From NCBI GenBank assembly GCA_031835245.2, contig JAVKOQ020000031.1:62001-126000 (forward strand): a stretch of DNA of 64,000 nucleotides, given 5' to 3'. Below are positions 24,166 to 37,702 of this stretch, piece after piece. Both the position numbers and the translations under genes were made by a program. Source of the stretch: Balamuthia mandrillaris (lineage: Eukaryota). The notes beneath the pieces were generated by a model. It had not been told where the DNA came from and searched no databases. It saw only the letters and a program-made list of their open reading frames with translations. Each line of letters begins with the position of its first letter. Within the stretch, counting starts at the first letter, position 1.

Positions 24166-27100
24166 TTATCCTCTTGGCTTACTTTTGGCGTTGTTGCCTT
24201 TTTTCTTTCCAACAAAAGAAGGAGGAGCTGGTGCTCCACTTCGCCGCTTCTTTTTCTTCTTCCTCTTTTGCTGTTCTTCCTCCTCTTCTCTTGTTGTTGT
24301 TCTACCTCGTTGTTTTTGTTCTTCTGCTTCTTCCGTCTTGCTTCTTTCCATTCTATGTTCTTCCTCCCTTTCTTCCTCTTTTTCTATCCTCATTCTTTCT
24401 CCTTCATCTCCTTTCTCTCTTTCTTCTTCTTCCCCATCCACCAAAGAAGAAGAGGAAGAGGAAGCAAAGTCCTTGCATTGAGCAAGAACAATGTCTCGAA
24501 GGATCATCCTCAACTCTTCGCTCTCACACTCAATGCTTGTCTTCATTGGAGACAAATGAATTGCTGCTGAATGGTTAGGCAACAGAATCGAGTAACGATG
24601 CGGTTCGCCTTCTTCTCCTTCCTCCTCTTCCTCCTCTTCCTCTTCTTCTGTTCCTTCCTGCTTTCTTGTTCTTCGATGATAACGGCCAGAAATAACTTGA
24701 ATGTCTGCTGGAGTACTTCCAATTCCACGAGAAGATAACTCGAAGAGAATTTGCGGTAATGCGGGACGGCCCCATAAACGATGTTGATGTTGATGCGAAG
24801 AAAGAAGATCGAATGTGGAAGAAGAGGAGGAAGAGGAAGATGAAGAAGAAAGCGGTTCTAAAAGCAACTTGTTGTCTCGAAGAGAAAGAACTGCCTCTAC
24901 GTTTGCCATGACTTTAAAAACATTAAATGAGAATGAGGACAAAGACAAGAAATAAGAGAAGACGGAGGAAAAGATGACCGAAAAGAAGAAGAAGAAGAAG
25001 AACAAGAACAAGAAGAAGAGCAAGAAAAAGAAGAAGAGCAAGAAAAAGAAGAAGAAAGAAACGTTACCAATGTTTTCGGAGATACCAGAAGAAGATGGGT
25101 GAAGGTTTAGAGCAAGAGAAGGAGCCAAGCGAGCACGTTCAAACATATCCTCCGAAGGAATGTGCAACACATCAGCATGCATAAACGTACTAACTTTACA
25201 TTCCGAATTTGGAGGTACGATTTGTGTTCTTTTGTCGCCGCTCATCATTTCTTCGGTTGACGTTTCAGCAGAAGCGGTTGATGAAGAAAAGTATTCTTGT
25301 GGCAAGATGATATGTTTGGGTTGGAGAGTGTGAAGAAGGCGATTGGCATCGACAAAGTTGAGACGAGGATCAAGAGGACAGTAGTGCGTGCGAATCTCGA
25401 ATGGTTGATATGGTTGTAATACCACCACGTGATCGAAATCTGGCTCTATATCATGTCGCAGAGAAGAGAGAACAAGAAAACAAGAGAGAGAGAGAGAGAG
25501 AGTGAGTGAGTGATTCAAAGAGGAAAGAGGATGAAACGTGAGTAGTAATGAAAGCTAATAACAAGAAACAAAATAAGCAAATGAAGGATGAAAACAAAGC
25601 AAAGCAAAACAATAACAATTAAACAGGTACAACAAAGCAAAAAAACAAATAGCAAGAAACGTTACCAGTAAATATAACAGCATTTTTACGGTCAGCAGCC
25701 CACATGTTAAATATATAAACAGCATCGCCACATCGAAGCGAAGGATGCCCAGCAAACACGACACATGGTTCTTTCATGGTGGAGGCAAACGTTTTGGCAT
25801 GAACGCCAGAGAAATGGTTCAACCTTCCGCTCTCCAACAGTTCGGCATGAATAAACGGCATTTCAGGTAGATACGCTTTGTCTTGTTTGCTTTTGCACAA
25901 CCTAAGGGAGAAAGGGATGGGGAAAAAAAGGAAGGAAAAAAACAAACAATATAAATAAACAAAAGATAAGCGGAGAGCAATGGAACACCAAGAAGAAGAA
26001 TAAGCAACACCACAACAAGAAACAAACCATTCAGAAGCAATGTTTGCGTAGGCCAGGGTGCTGTCGCCAACAGGAGACAGGAAGTAAAGGGGCACGCGCG
26101 GAATGCCAACGTTCTGCAGATATGTATACACAAAATCAAAGAGATCAAAGACAATGCCAGACGGATAACATGGCAGCAACACGTTGCCTCCTCCACTTAA
26201 TGTTTGTCCTTAAGGGTGATCGCAGATTTTTAAATTGAGTGGAGAAATCGGAGACGCAAGACGAAAGAGAACAAGAAGAAGAGCGAAACGTACCAATAAT
26301 AGAACACAATTCCTGCAGCATAGGATCAGGTAATCGCATGGGCTCCCTCGTCAGCTTCGTCAATATCACTGTATGACAGCCCTTAGCCGCCAACTTCTCC
26401 ACGTTCATCGGCTGCGGGTGTCTCGCGGAGGCCGTGGCCGAGTCCGCCACATATGCTATCCGCCGGTTAGAGCTAGTTTGCAGCAGCCAGTTGCAGCTGC
26501 CCAGGGAGAAGCCGGAGCTGAGAGCAGTGGCTTGAACGCAGCCAAAGAGCTCGATGGGTTGGTCGTAAGAGAGGGCGTTGATCTTGGCAACGGCACTCTC
26601 CACATCCTGCAGCTTGTAGAGCTTCTGCCAGTCGGTAGCAGCGTTACCCAGTTGCTCTTGAAGTATTCGTGGAAGTGAGCTGTTGTTTGTTTGTCAGATT
26701 TTGAAATATGTGTTTAAGAATAAAGTTCAGAACCTTACTAAATCTTCATTGAGCCAACAACGGGAGCCACTTTTGTCTATTGTCGTGGACTTTGATGACA
26801 TATGGTTGCTTCCGCTGTATATTCTTGTGCTTTCTTCCACGTAAGTTACCAGTTCTTTCATCAACATTCTGCTCATCGTTCATGCAAAAGATGTTGTTAG
26901 ATTGAACAAAGGGAAAAGCAAGCAGGAATTATGCAAGAAGAACGAAGCGAGAAGAGGAAAGCAAAGGAAAAAAAAACCTTCCAATCTGTACAGTGGGTTC
27001 TGTGGCATAAACCTTTCCTCGAAAGGAGGTGTACTCGGTGATGAACGGCAGAGCCAACATGTTGCGAGCATTAGAGATGAGTATGGCGTCAACGCTCGAC

Positions 27101-27686
27101 ATGTCGAGCAGCTCCAGCTGCGGCAATTGCACTCGCAACGGACTATCTTCGATGAAGATGTTGCCTCCAATGGTTTGCAGTGGCACGGCTGATCTCGCTT
27201 CATTCTCTTTCGTTTTGTTTAGCATAAGTTACGCGAAGGTAGCAGCAGAGCGAAGAAGAAGAAGAAGAAGAAGAAGAAGAAGAAGAAGAAGAAGAAGAAG
27301 AAGAAGAAGAAGAAGAAGAAGAAGAACAAGAAGAAGAACAAGAAGAAGAACAAGAAGAACGAAGAAGAAGACGACGAAAGAGTGAAGAAAGTTGCGAAGA
27401 AGAAGAAAAAGAAAAGGGTACCACGGCTCTTGCTCGATTGCTTGCGTTTCTTGGAGCGTTCCGCTTCGCCGCAGCGAGGTACCCGAGGCAAGAAGCGAAG
27501 GAAAGCGGATAGTTCTAACCCACAGTCCAACATCAGCATCGTGCCTTTGAGCTTGAGCACCATGCAACTGGCCGTTGGATCTTGTCCCAAGCAGTACTTG
27601 AAAGAGAGTGAGAGAGAGAAGGGAGAAGAGAGTGAGCACAAAGAACGTCGACTCTGGGCACTGTAGTTGGTTGGTACCAGTTTCAT
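24166..27686 (-). CDS. INTS9: Integrator complex subunit 9 (MBL/beta-CASP fold)
   Basis: [112 protein letters not shown]. Confidence 0.95.
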
Positions 27687-27947
27687 GGCTTTCTACTCCA
27701 CGCACAAACAAATAAATAACTAACACTCTTTCCTCCTCCTTCCGTCCGCCTTCCACTCCTTTTGCTACGCAGGGGAGAGAGAGAGAGAGAGCAACTTCGC
27801 TGCTTCCTCTTCTTTCTCGATTCCTCTTCACATCTCTCACGTCGTCTCGACCGCGACGATGACGACCCGATGAAATGTATCGCGTCGTCGCGAAAAATTT
27901 CCCGCCATTTTTTCTTTTCAACAGCGCAGAGGAAAAACAACAAAAAA

Positions 27948-28278
27948 ATGGGCGGCGGCGGCGCGGTTGTGCTGTTGCTCTTGTCGGGGAAACGCTGCAG
28001 CGGCAAAGACACGTTGGCGGCCCTGCTCTCCCGCCGTTTGCTGCTGGGAAATGGAGGCGAAGAGCAGGCGGAGCAGGCCCCCTGCTGCAGGGAAGAGCGA
28101 GTAGCGCCAAGTCCTGGCCACCGGCGGGAGGGGAAAGGGGAGGAGGAGTTCGGGGGGGAGGAGCGGATCGCCGTGCGGGTGGTGCATCTCGCGGATGAGC
28201 TGAAGCGAGCGTACGCGGAGGCCACCGGGGCCGACTGGCAACGGCTCCTTACGGATAGAAGCTACAAGGTCATTCATT

Positions 28279-28314
<36 letters not shown>

Positions 28315-28865
28315 TTCCCTTTTCAAACAAAAATTACAAATCAAAAAAAAAAAAAAAACAGGAAGCGCACAGAGAAACGATGACGGCCTTTTATCACCAG
28401 CTCAAAGTCACTCGCCAGGTCACCTTTTTCTGCGAGTCCATCGCCCAGAACGTCATCTTTCCCTCCCTGCTTAGCACCTCCGCCACCACTACCACCGCCA
28501 CCGCCCCAAACCAAGTCATCATCCTTGCCGATCTTCGCCACCGCTTTGAGCTGTCCTACTTTCTTCAGCTCGCGGCGAACGACCACTCAACAGAGCAAAA
28601 AGCAAGGATAAAGGTGTTGACCGTTCGCTTGGAAGCTACGGAGGAGGCCAGAAGGGGTTGGGGGTGGGTGAAAGGAGCCATCGACGAGGATATCACTGAA
28701 ACGGATTTGGATGGCGTCTTCTCTCTGCGGAACGAGGAGAAAGAGGGAAAGGAGAAAGAGGAGAGTTATCGTTGGGACTTTTGCTTTCGCAACGAGAAGA
28801 ATGGGTTGGAGCATTTGGAAAAGTTTGTGGAAGAGCAGTTGATACCTACCGTGTATGCTCTATGA
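27948..28865 (+). CDS. PMVK: Phosphomevalonate kinase, animal/NMP-kinase type (one intron 28269-28361)
   Basis: VVLLLLSGKRCSGKD P-loop, LKRAYA..GADWQRLLTDRSYKEAHRETM, IILADLRH, VLTVRLEATEEARRGWGWVKGAIDEDITETDLD. Confidence 0.88.
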
Positions 28866-28997
28866 AGAAGAAAAGAAATAGGAGTTTGAAAGAAAGAAAG
28901 AAGATAAAGGAAAGAAATCTAGTGAACAAATACTGTAACAACTGTACACGAGCAAACATACAAAAAAACACACATACAAAAGAAGAGCGAGAGCAAC

Positions 28998-30616
28998 TCA
29001 GTCACTCCATCGTGGATCCGTGTTACTCTCCTGCTGCTGATGCATTCTCATCCTCCTTGATACTCCATTGCTATGGGTGCCTCCTCCTTCTATACACGGA
29101 AGCACTGAATCACTCCACCTTTCAATGAAGACGTTAGACGAAAGAATAGAGCGAAGAGAGAAGAAAAGGAAGGAGCAAACAGGAACAAGAAGAAAGTTAC
29201 TTACCAATCACCACAAAGGAAGGAATGCATATCCTTCCAATCGGCATACTGTAGCAAGAAGTAAGGCCGCAGCTGATGCGACAGCAACGCCAAGTTCCGG
29301 GCATGAACGGGCTGATTGCACAGCGGGCAGTGCGACTTGACCTCCATCCACCGCTCAAAGCAGCATCGATGGAAGCTGTGCCGACATTCTGTGGTGAAGT
29401 CGCATCCCATATCCAAACAGATGCAGCATTGGTGTTGTTGCAAGAGTGTTGTCTCTTGTTCCTGTTCTTCTTTTTCTTTTTCTTTTTCAGTTGATGAAGA
29501 GGAAGAAGAGGTAGAAGGAGGAGATGAAAGAAAGTTGGTGCGTTCACAGAATTTGAGGAGCTTCCAGAGGGAGAAGTAGAGGCCTTTGAAGAAGAAGAAC
29601 ATGGCGATGGGGACCACGCGCAGCGCTAGCCCGCTGTAGAAAGGCGCCATTGCTCGGTTGCTTTTCTTCCATATCACATATAATGTACCTTTGTTTGTTG
29701 GAGAACAACAATGAGACAAGCGAGAGAGGAACCGCAAGAAAGAAACCGCAAGAGAGAAAGGAAAAATACCAAGAAGAACAAGGCGAGAAATGCCGGGAGT
29801 GAGTCCACGTTTCCTGGCTTTGCTATCTTGATCCAAGTTGAAGTTTGCCTAGAAGAACCAAACAGAAGAAAGAAAGACAGAAACAATAAAACGACGCGAA
29901 GGTGAGGTACGATCGGTGAGGAACGAACAAAGAACGGCAAAGGACAAAGAAGAAGAAGAAGAAGAAGAAGAAGAAGAACAACAACAACAAGAAGAACAAC
30001 AACAAGAAAGAGAAGAAGCAGAACAATAACAAGCAGAAGCAGAACGATAAGAAGCAGAAGAAGAAGAAGAAGAAGAAGAAGAAGAAGAAGAAGAAGAAGA
30101 AGAACAAGAAGAAGAAGAAGAAGAACAAGAAGAAGAAGAAGAAGAAGAACAAGAAGAAGAAGAAGAAGCAGAAGCAGAAGCACGAAGAAGAACAAGGTAA
30201 GCCAACGTTGAGGAAAAAGACGTGAAAGAAGAACATACGCAGAGCGCGATCATAGCGAGCGAAAACATGGTCAAACGTTTGGCGAGGTCAGAGAAGGTGC
30301 GAAAGCGGAAGAGAAAGAGGACGAGGATGAGCAGGAAGCCCTTGGTGTTGAGCAGGTTGAGGCCCCTCTGCAGGAAGGCAAACGGATGACCGCGGGAATG
30401 TGTAGCAGAGGAGGAAGTGGAAAGAGATGGGGTCGAAGAAGGAGGAGAAGGCGGAGGAGCTTCGTAGTGAAGGAGAGGAAGAGCGAGAAGAAGAGTTGGT
30501 CGGCTTCTTTGTACTACGGAAGAGGAGGATGGAGGAGAGGGAGAAGAAGAAGAGGAGGAGGAAGGCGTAAGTAAGTCGCTCTTGATGAAAACATCAAGGG
30601 GCAAAATGTCGCCCAT
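28998..30616 (-). CDS. Membrane-anchored RING-H2 E3 ligase-like protein
   Basis: CCICLD..ECRHSFHRCCFERWMEVKSHCPLC preceded by hydrophobic segments; last exon splices in frame to the stop at 28998. Confidence 0.8.
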
Positions 30617-31111
30617 TTTTTTTGTAAAAAATTGCTTGTCGTTGTTAAAACGTGCCCCAAGTAAGATGGAAAAGCAGCTTTGAAGAAAGAATCAACAACA
30701 GAAAGATTTCTTTCTATCTTTCAAGTTGTTGTTGTTGTGGCGCAATGAAAGGAAAGCAAAAAAAAAAAGTTGTTGCTCTCGTCCTTTCTTTTTGTATCTT
30801 TTTGATGTGGAAGTGATGCTGCTGCAGGTGTTGTCTATGAATCTACGCATAAACTGGCTGCACCGAGGTTAGACAGAGAGCTTTCCCGATCGAGCAGCTT
30901 TCGTGTCCTTGTCAAAATTCACCCGAGGAGTCGTGCCACTGCCCAGTCATTTCCGCGGCATTTCGTCCGATTTTCTACCTCTCTCCTCTCTATCATGCCT
31001 ATCTCATGTCTTCGCTCTTATCTGGCACCCTTTCACCTAAATTTCGATAAATGTCGACATTTTGTCGACGTAAATTCTTGCCATTGTAAACGACGAGAAG
31101 AGCGGAAAGAA

Positions 31112-33554
31112 ATGGATGGCTCATCTGTTGTTGGTTGCGTGCTTGGCGTGCAGCCTTGGAACTACAGCTACTCCGCGCAACCGCCGAGAGCAGGCTCTCG
31201 CACCAACCGCTCGGACCTTCTTTCCTTGCTCTGTGCTTCATCCTCAGGTTCCTGCAGGAGCGGTGGCGGTGAGGAGGATGAGACTTGCAAGGAGGCCGTT
31301 GCCGTGTTTTTGAGGAGGGCAAAGGCCCTGTTCTATGCCACCCTCGTGAAGAACAAGTTGAAGCAGCCGGTGCATAGGAGGGATCCTTGGCCTTCCGCTC
31401 ATCGCCAGTTCATGAGCGGGATCGCGGAGCTCAAGGCTGAGATGAAGATGAGCGCCAGCGATGGCGTTGACGGAGAGGATCTCTGGAACATCCTTGTTGA
31501 AGAGGTTTGTCTTCTCTCTCTCTCTCTCTCGCTCTCTCTCTCGTCGCTCTCTCGTCGCTCTCTCGTTCTCTTCTCGTTTTCCCTTCTCACTTTTCTCTTC
31601 TTCCTTCTCCTCTTTCTTTTCTCGTTCTCTTCTATGTACTCTCGTTTTCTTTGCTTGTTGTGGTTCTTCGTCTCCTTCTTGTGTTCTCGTTTTCATTTAT
31701 GCCTATCTCTTAACATTGTTTTTTCAAATAATAAACACACAGTGGTGGCGATGGTGGTTTATGTCCATTAGCGATAAAACGACGACTGCCATCACGACTT
31801 GCTGCCAGCATCCTCCTTCCTGTTGTCCTTGTTGGAATGCCATTTCTTCCTCGTCTTCTCCATCCTCTCCTGCTTTGCACATGGGTGGTCTTAGCAAACA
31901 CCGTCACTCCTTCAACTGCTTCTTCCTTTTTGGCCTTCTTCACGCTCCTCACCTCACTCGTTTTCGTTCTTCGTTTCCTCCCTCTGCTTTCTTGTCTTCT
32001 GCTGCCACTGCGAATGAGTCTACTCTATTTGTTCCAGACCCTTCGTTGCGCCATCAACGATATCATCTTCGCTCTTTTCATCGCGGAGAACACGTTTTAC
32101 TTATCGACATTGACAATTGCGCAAAGATACTCAACTTTGTGAAGGATAGAGTTCCCTCCAACGTTTGCGTTATAGGATTTTGTGGACCTCACTATTACAC
32201 TGTTGCTCCAACAAGTTTCCATCGTTTGTTGCGACGTGGGCTTATGCATGTCATCTACACTAATACTGACGGCAAAGACTATGATGAATGGATGGCCTCT
32301 TCTTCGTCTTCTTCGGAGTCCTCCGCTATCGAAGAAGAAAATATAGGAGATGCATTCTTGATCTCGTTCTATAACAGCGGATGTGAAAAGAAGTGGAAGA
32401 ATGCTGCCGACTATATGTTGTCGATGTATGCTGGTATTTATCTCTTTGTTCTTTTCTGCTCAATTCTCTTCCTTTCTTTATTCAGTGTTCATTTTCAGCA
32501 TTCCTTTTCTTCCTCTGCTTTGTTAACGTAAAAAAAAATTCAACAGGAGTATTACATCGTCTTTTACCAACTTACGTTCCATTCACTATCGTATCTCACG
32601 ACGATGGAATGGAGTACGTGGTGGATGCTCTTTGGACTAGGGGAAGAGAAGCCGAAAGGATGTCCGCCAAAGACTTTATCAACCGCTCTCTGATGGTGGT
32701 GGCGTTGGCTGATGCTAAAGAGCATAACCTTCAGTCTTCTTTGCCGTTTTTTGAAGTAGAAGAAAGTAGAGGGGAAGAAAGAAAAAGAGATGATACAAAA
32801 GACGAAGAGAAAGGCGACACACGAACGATTAATCAAGATGACAGCGAAGAAGACGAAGAAGAAGAGGGTGATGACGGCGATGTAGAGTGGAGTCCGAGAG
32901 AGTTGCTTCGAAACAAAGATGGAGAACGGCATTCCTTCCTAACTCCAACACTAGGCGCTTCTTCTCCATCTCCCACGCTGATTTCTCCTTCCTCCTCTTT
33001 CACAGAAATCGCGCCCATTCATCAGCTTAACAACTCTTCATCACCACACGAACTTTCTGCTTGTGCTTCTGTCGCTTCCTCTTCTTTGTCTTGTTCATCG
33101 CCATTACTCCCGTATAATAACCCATTGGCTATAGTAGAACGAGAACAAAGCGGAGACTCTTTACGAGTTATTATTGCACCGCCTTCTTCTTCTTCACGTG
33201 CTATTTCAAGCCCTTTAAAATTCCAGGTGCACGAAGAATTTTCATTCGGCGATGATAAGGAAGAACTATTGCAACGTATAGAACGGATCGAGGAAGATGA
33301 TCCTCAAGACTTGAACATGAGACAGAACGGCATTTGGAATGGGGAGTCATGTCAACGTAACGTCTATGAAGTGAAAATGTTGGGCCGGTTAATAGAACTT
33401 GCTGCAAATGAAGAAAAGCAAAAGAACGAGGAACAAACAACAAAACTGTTTCCAAGAGATATGACTTCTCTCGTGATAAAAGGTCACAGAGCAGGGACTA
33501 TTGGTATCGGTCTGTTGGTGGATCACATGTTAAGCAGGTACACCATACTTTTCG

Positions 33555-33591
<37 letters not shown>

Positions 33592-33993
33592 TCTCTGTCT
33601 TTCTCACCCATTTTTTCTTATTTAAAATATTTTAAATTACTTACACAACAGAGGAGGAATGCCCTACCTTCGTCATGTGGATATGCGAACTCACCGCATG
33701 GGCAACAAAGGAGCTGCACACATGGCCCGTTTGCTGTACCATCAACAATCCGGATGCCCTGCTCTCACTCAACTCGATCTTCGTGGCAATGAGATAGGAG
33801 ATGTTGGGGCTATAGCGATTGCTTCTGCTATGCTCCGGAATACGAGATTGACGTTATTGGATCTTCGGTGGAACCGAATTGGAACGAGAGGAGCCAAATC
33901 TCTGAGTTCGTTCTTAACCTCTTCGTTTTGATTCGTTTTAGTCTTTATGCTTTCAATTTTCTAATCCTTCTTGCTTTGCGATGTTTTGTTTCG

Positions 33994-34038
<45 letters not shown>

Positions 34039-35274
34039 CCAACAAAGGTTATATGTTGCAACAGAACAAAACGTTAACCGTGTTAAACCTTAGAAAAAAT
34101 AGACTTGGAATGGAAGGCGTTTTTGCTTTGGCGAATGCACTGCTAAGCAACCGTTGCGTTTGTCATTTAGATCTACGTTCTAACGTTTCCTTGCCTAGTG
34201 TATCACATATTGGAGAAAGGTTCTTGCTTTATTCTTTTTCTTCGTTCAGCTATCTCTTCTCTCCCTCGTTATTCTGTTATTAGTTATTGACATGTTTGTG
34301 GTAATTTAATACAGTGGAACCGAAGCTATGAAAAGTCTTGCTACCATGTTAAAGCTCAATTCAAGCATCACCACTCTAGATTTAAGCTCCACGTAATCCC
34401 TCTTTCTCCCCTTCAATCTTAATTATGCTTAGCTATGTTTTTAACCAGAAATGCGGATTTGGAAGGAGCAATATCAATGGCAGAAGCACTTTCATTGCCT
34501 TCTTGCGAGTTAACTCTGCTTCACGCTGACTTTAACCAATTGGGAGGTCCCTATCTTCGTCAAAGCGGAGGAGGTAAAGGCACTGGGCTTCCTTTGAGTG
34601 AATCTTCTGAATCATCTCGTGATGACCTCACGATACCACCGTCTTCTCAAGAAATTGGTTAGTATAAATTCTTTTATCTTTTGGATGCTGCACGGAATTG
34701 TGTTTGCTCACGAAGGATATACACAGCTAGGAATAAGCAAATGCAGCAGCAGAATGCTGGCCTTAATGCCTTGTTCCATTCTCTTACCATGAACCAAACG
34801 TTAATCCTGTTGACTCTTGCCAACAATCGCGTCGATGACGATGCCGCATGGTACGTCAGAAAAAATTAAGATTAAGAGTAAAATTCCTCGCCTCTAATTT
34901 TCGTTTCAGCATATTAGCACGTGCTCTATGTCAGAACCAAACGCTTACTCATATCGACTTGCAAAAGGTTTCTCTCTCCCATTGAATGCAACTTCTGTAC
35001 TAACGACAAAAAACCATGCAGAATGCAATCACGAACAAAGGGGCGGCTGCTCTTGCTGAATCTCTGCGACATAACCAAGTTCTCACCGATTTAGTCCTCA
35101 AACGTATTCCTCTCCTCCTCCTCCTCCTCCTCCTCCTCCTCCTCCTCCTCCTCCTCCTCCTCCTCCTCCTCCTCCTCCTCCTCCTCCTCCTCCTCCTCCT
35201 CCTCCTCCTCCTCCTCCTCCTCCTCCTCCTCCTCCTCCTCCTCCTCCTCCTCCCTCCTCCTCCTCCTCCTCCTC

Positions 35275-35314
<40 letters not shown>

Positions 35315-36991
35315 CTCTCTTTCCCTCCTCTCTCTTTCTCTCTTGTTTCTCATTCATAGATTTGAAAACACAACAATCAGTGAACTCAATTGCCGATGCG
35401 GGAGCGTACGCTTTAGGAGAAGCGCTTCATCACAACATCTCACTGCAAACTCTTGACTTGGAGAGCAACAAGATAACTAGCAAAGGAGGCATCGCCCTCA
35501 GTGCTGGTCTCAAAGTGCACCCTTCATTGGCCTTCCTGAACATAAACAACAACCTGATTGGAGATGATGGTCTCTCTGCAATTTGCGACGCTATTGCCGA
35601 TAATCCTCATTCCGCCATCTTCCGGTTGGACATTTCTGGTTTGTATTGTAACATTCTTTCATTCTTTCTTTGTTTTTCTTCGTTCTATAACCTCTTTTGT
35701 GCATTACGTACTTCCCTTGTCTTGTCTTGTCTTTTTTTTTGCAAAAGGCGTGGATGCAAGAAGTAAAGGTTTCGCGGCTCTGGAGAGGATGGTAAAGAAA
35801 TGCCCATCCATCTTTCGAATGGACCTGTCCAGAAACTTTATTGGCATACCTAAACCGCTTCCAACTATCACACCATCACCGACAACCATTACAACTAAAG
35901 CTAAAATCCTGCTTTCTCCTCCTTCCAACGAAAAAGAAGATACCGAATACAATGATGAAGAGCAAGAAGGCAAAGAACAAGACAAACAAGTGTCATTACC
36001 ACCGCAACAAACAAGGGCCAGGAGAACAAGACGTAAATCAGCACTTAAAGAATCCGAAGTAGCGAAAGCTAACGCTTTTGCCTCGAACACATTCATCACT
36101 CAATGGCTTCATGGGCTTGTCAGCGTTGAAGCTGAAACAAAAGAAGCGGAAGAAGAAACAGAAGTAAAAGAAAGTGAAATAATTACCAGAGAAGAGTGGG
36201 AAAGAAGAGAAGGAGCATTCGCGCTGGACAGAGTTTGTTCATTGTTAGAAGGCCGACATGGAACGGAGCGTCTGGTTTGGCTTTCGTTGTCCTCATGTAA
36301 ACTTGATGACGATGGTATGAGGCATCTCGCTGCTGGTCTTCACTGCAACAACAGCCTCGCTTGGTTGGATTTAAACGACAGTAACTTCTTTCCTTTCTTC
36401 TTCTTGCTTTCTATTTCTTCATTTTCCTTCTAACTCTAAAAAAAAAAATGCACACAGATAATATAGGAGCAGTAGGGGCTGCGTCGCTAGTAGCTGCTCT
36501 CTCTCATAATCCGGAGGAAAAAATGTTAACGTCCCTTTCTCTGCGATACAATCACTTGGCAGATGAAGGAACTGCACATCTCGCCAATCTTTTGCAGCAA
36601 AATCAAACCATTACCCTGTTGAACCTCGAATACAGTACGTTCTCTTTCTCACTGTCTTCTCACACAAACCGATTATCTTATTTAACACAACGAATAAATA
36701 GATAAGATACAAGAAGAAGGAGCAATAAGCTTGGGCCAAAGTTTAGCTTCCAACAAAGTACTATCGATACTATGGCTTCAAGGCAATGAAATAGGAGACA
36801 ACGGATTGGCAGCTCTCGGCGATGGTCTTTGTCAAAACGAAACGATGCTACAAATAGGATTGGATCGCAATGCTTTCTCGACGGAAGCAGCAAGCAAGTT
36901 CTTCGATGCCATCGCCTCCCACAAAGACATCGCCTCGATGTTGCTCCGCGGTTCTGAGAAGGATTGGCAGCTTTTGCAACTCTCTTTATAG
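31112..36991 (+). CDS. PIN-like (ZNF451/NYN type) domain fused to RNase-inhibitor-type LRR array
   Basis: All GT-AG junctions splice in frame. PIN-like: HVLLIDIDN..VIGFCG..KNAADYMLSMYAG..LPTYVPFTIVSHDDG. LRRs: LTQLDLRGNEIGDVGAIAIA, LQTLDLESNKITSKGGIALS, LSILWLQGNEIGDNGLAALG and others. Confidence 0.85.
35109..35310 (+). repeat. intronic (CCT)n followed by (CT)n
   Basis: Read directly, inside an LRR-gene intron. Confidence 0.95.
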
Positions 36992-37032
36992 GTATTGTTA
37001 TTACATTTTGTTTAGAGGTACATATTGTCGTT

Positions 37033-37573
37033 TCATTCTTCGTTTTCTGCTTTTGTTTTCTTTTTCGTCTTCTTTTTCTTTCTTCTTATCATTTTCTTTC
37101 CATCGACTATTTTTGTTTCTTTTTGTTCCTCTTCATTCTCTCCGTTTTGTTTCTTCTTGTTTTCTTCTTCTGTTGAGAGTGTTGCAAGCATTTTGCTAAA
37201 CTGCAGATGAAAAGGAGGAAAGAGCGTTGCTTCCAACTCGTCGTCCACCGAAGAAGAGCCTCGCCACGCCACTTCCAACTTGCGGAGTTGTTTCAAGTAT
37301 TCTGGGTGTGGTTGTACTTGTGGTCGTCTTTTTTTTTGTATAAAGTTTGGTTTTGTTGTGCATGTGTTATAGTTACTAAACGCAGAAAGTTAAAGAGAAA
37401 GAGAACAACGAATGTGGAGAAAGAGAGAGAAGAAAACCTTTCGACGAGATGTTCATAAGCTTTTCTAAGAGCCCATTTTTCATGTCGGACCAAGTACCCT
37501 ACATGCAATGTTTCAGAGTGCAGAAATAAAGAAGGGAGGAACATGCGGAGGAGAGGCACAGAGAGAAAAGAAA

Positions 37574-37622
<49 letters not shown>

Positions 37623-37631
37623 AAAAAAAGA

Positions 37632-37702
<71 letters not shown>

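Noticed and set aside
30850..30950. ACAGAGA box suggesting U6 snRNA
   Set aside because: No following AGC triad/ISL or U-rich end; purine-rich matches are common here.
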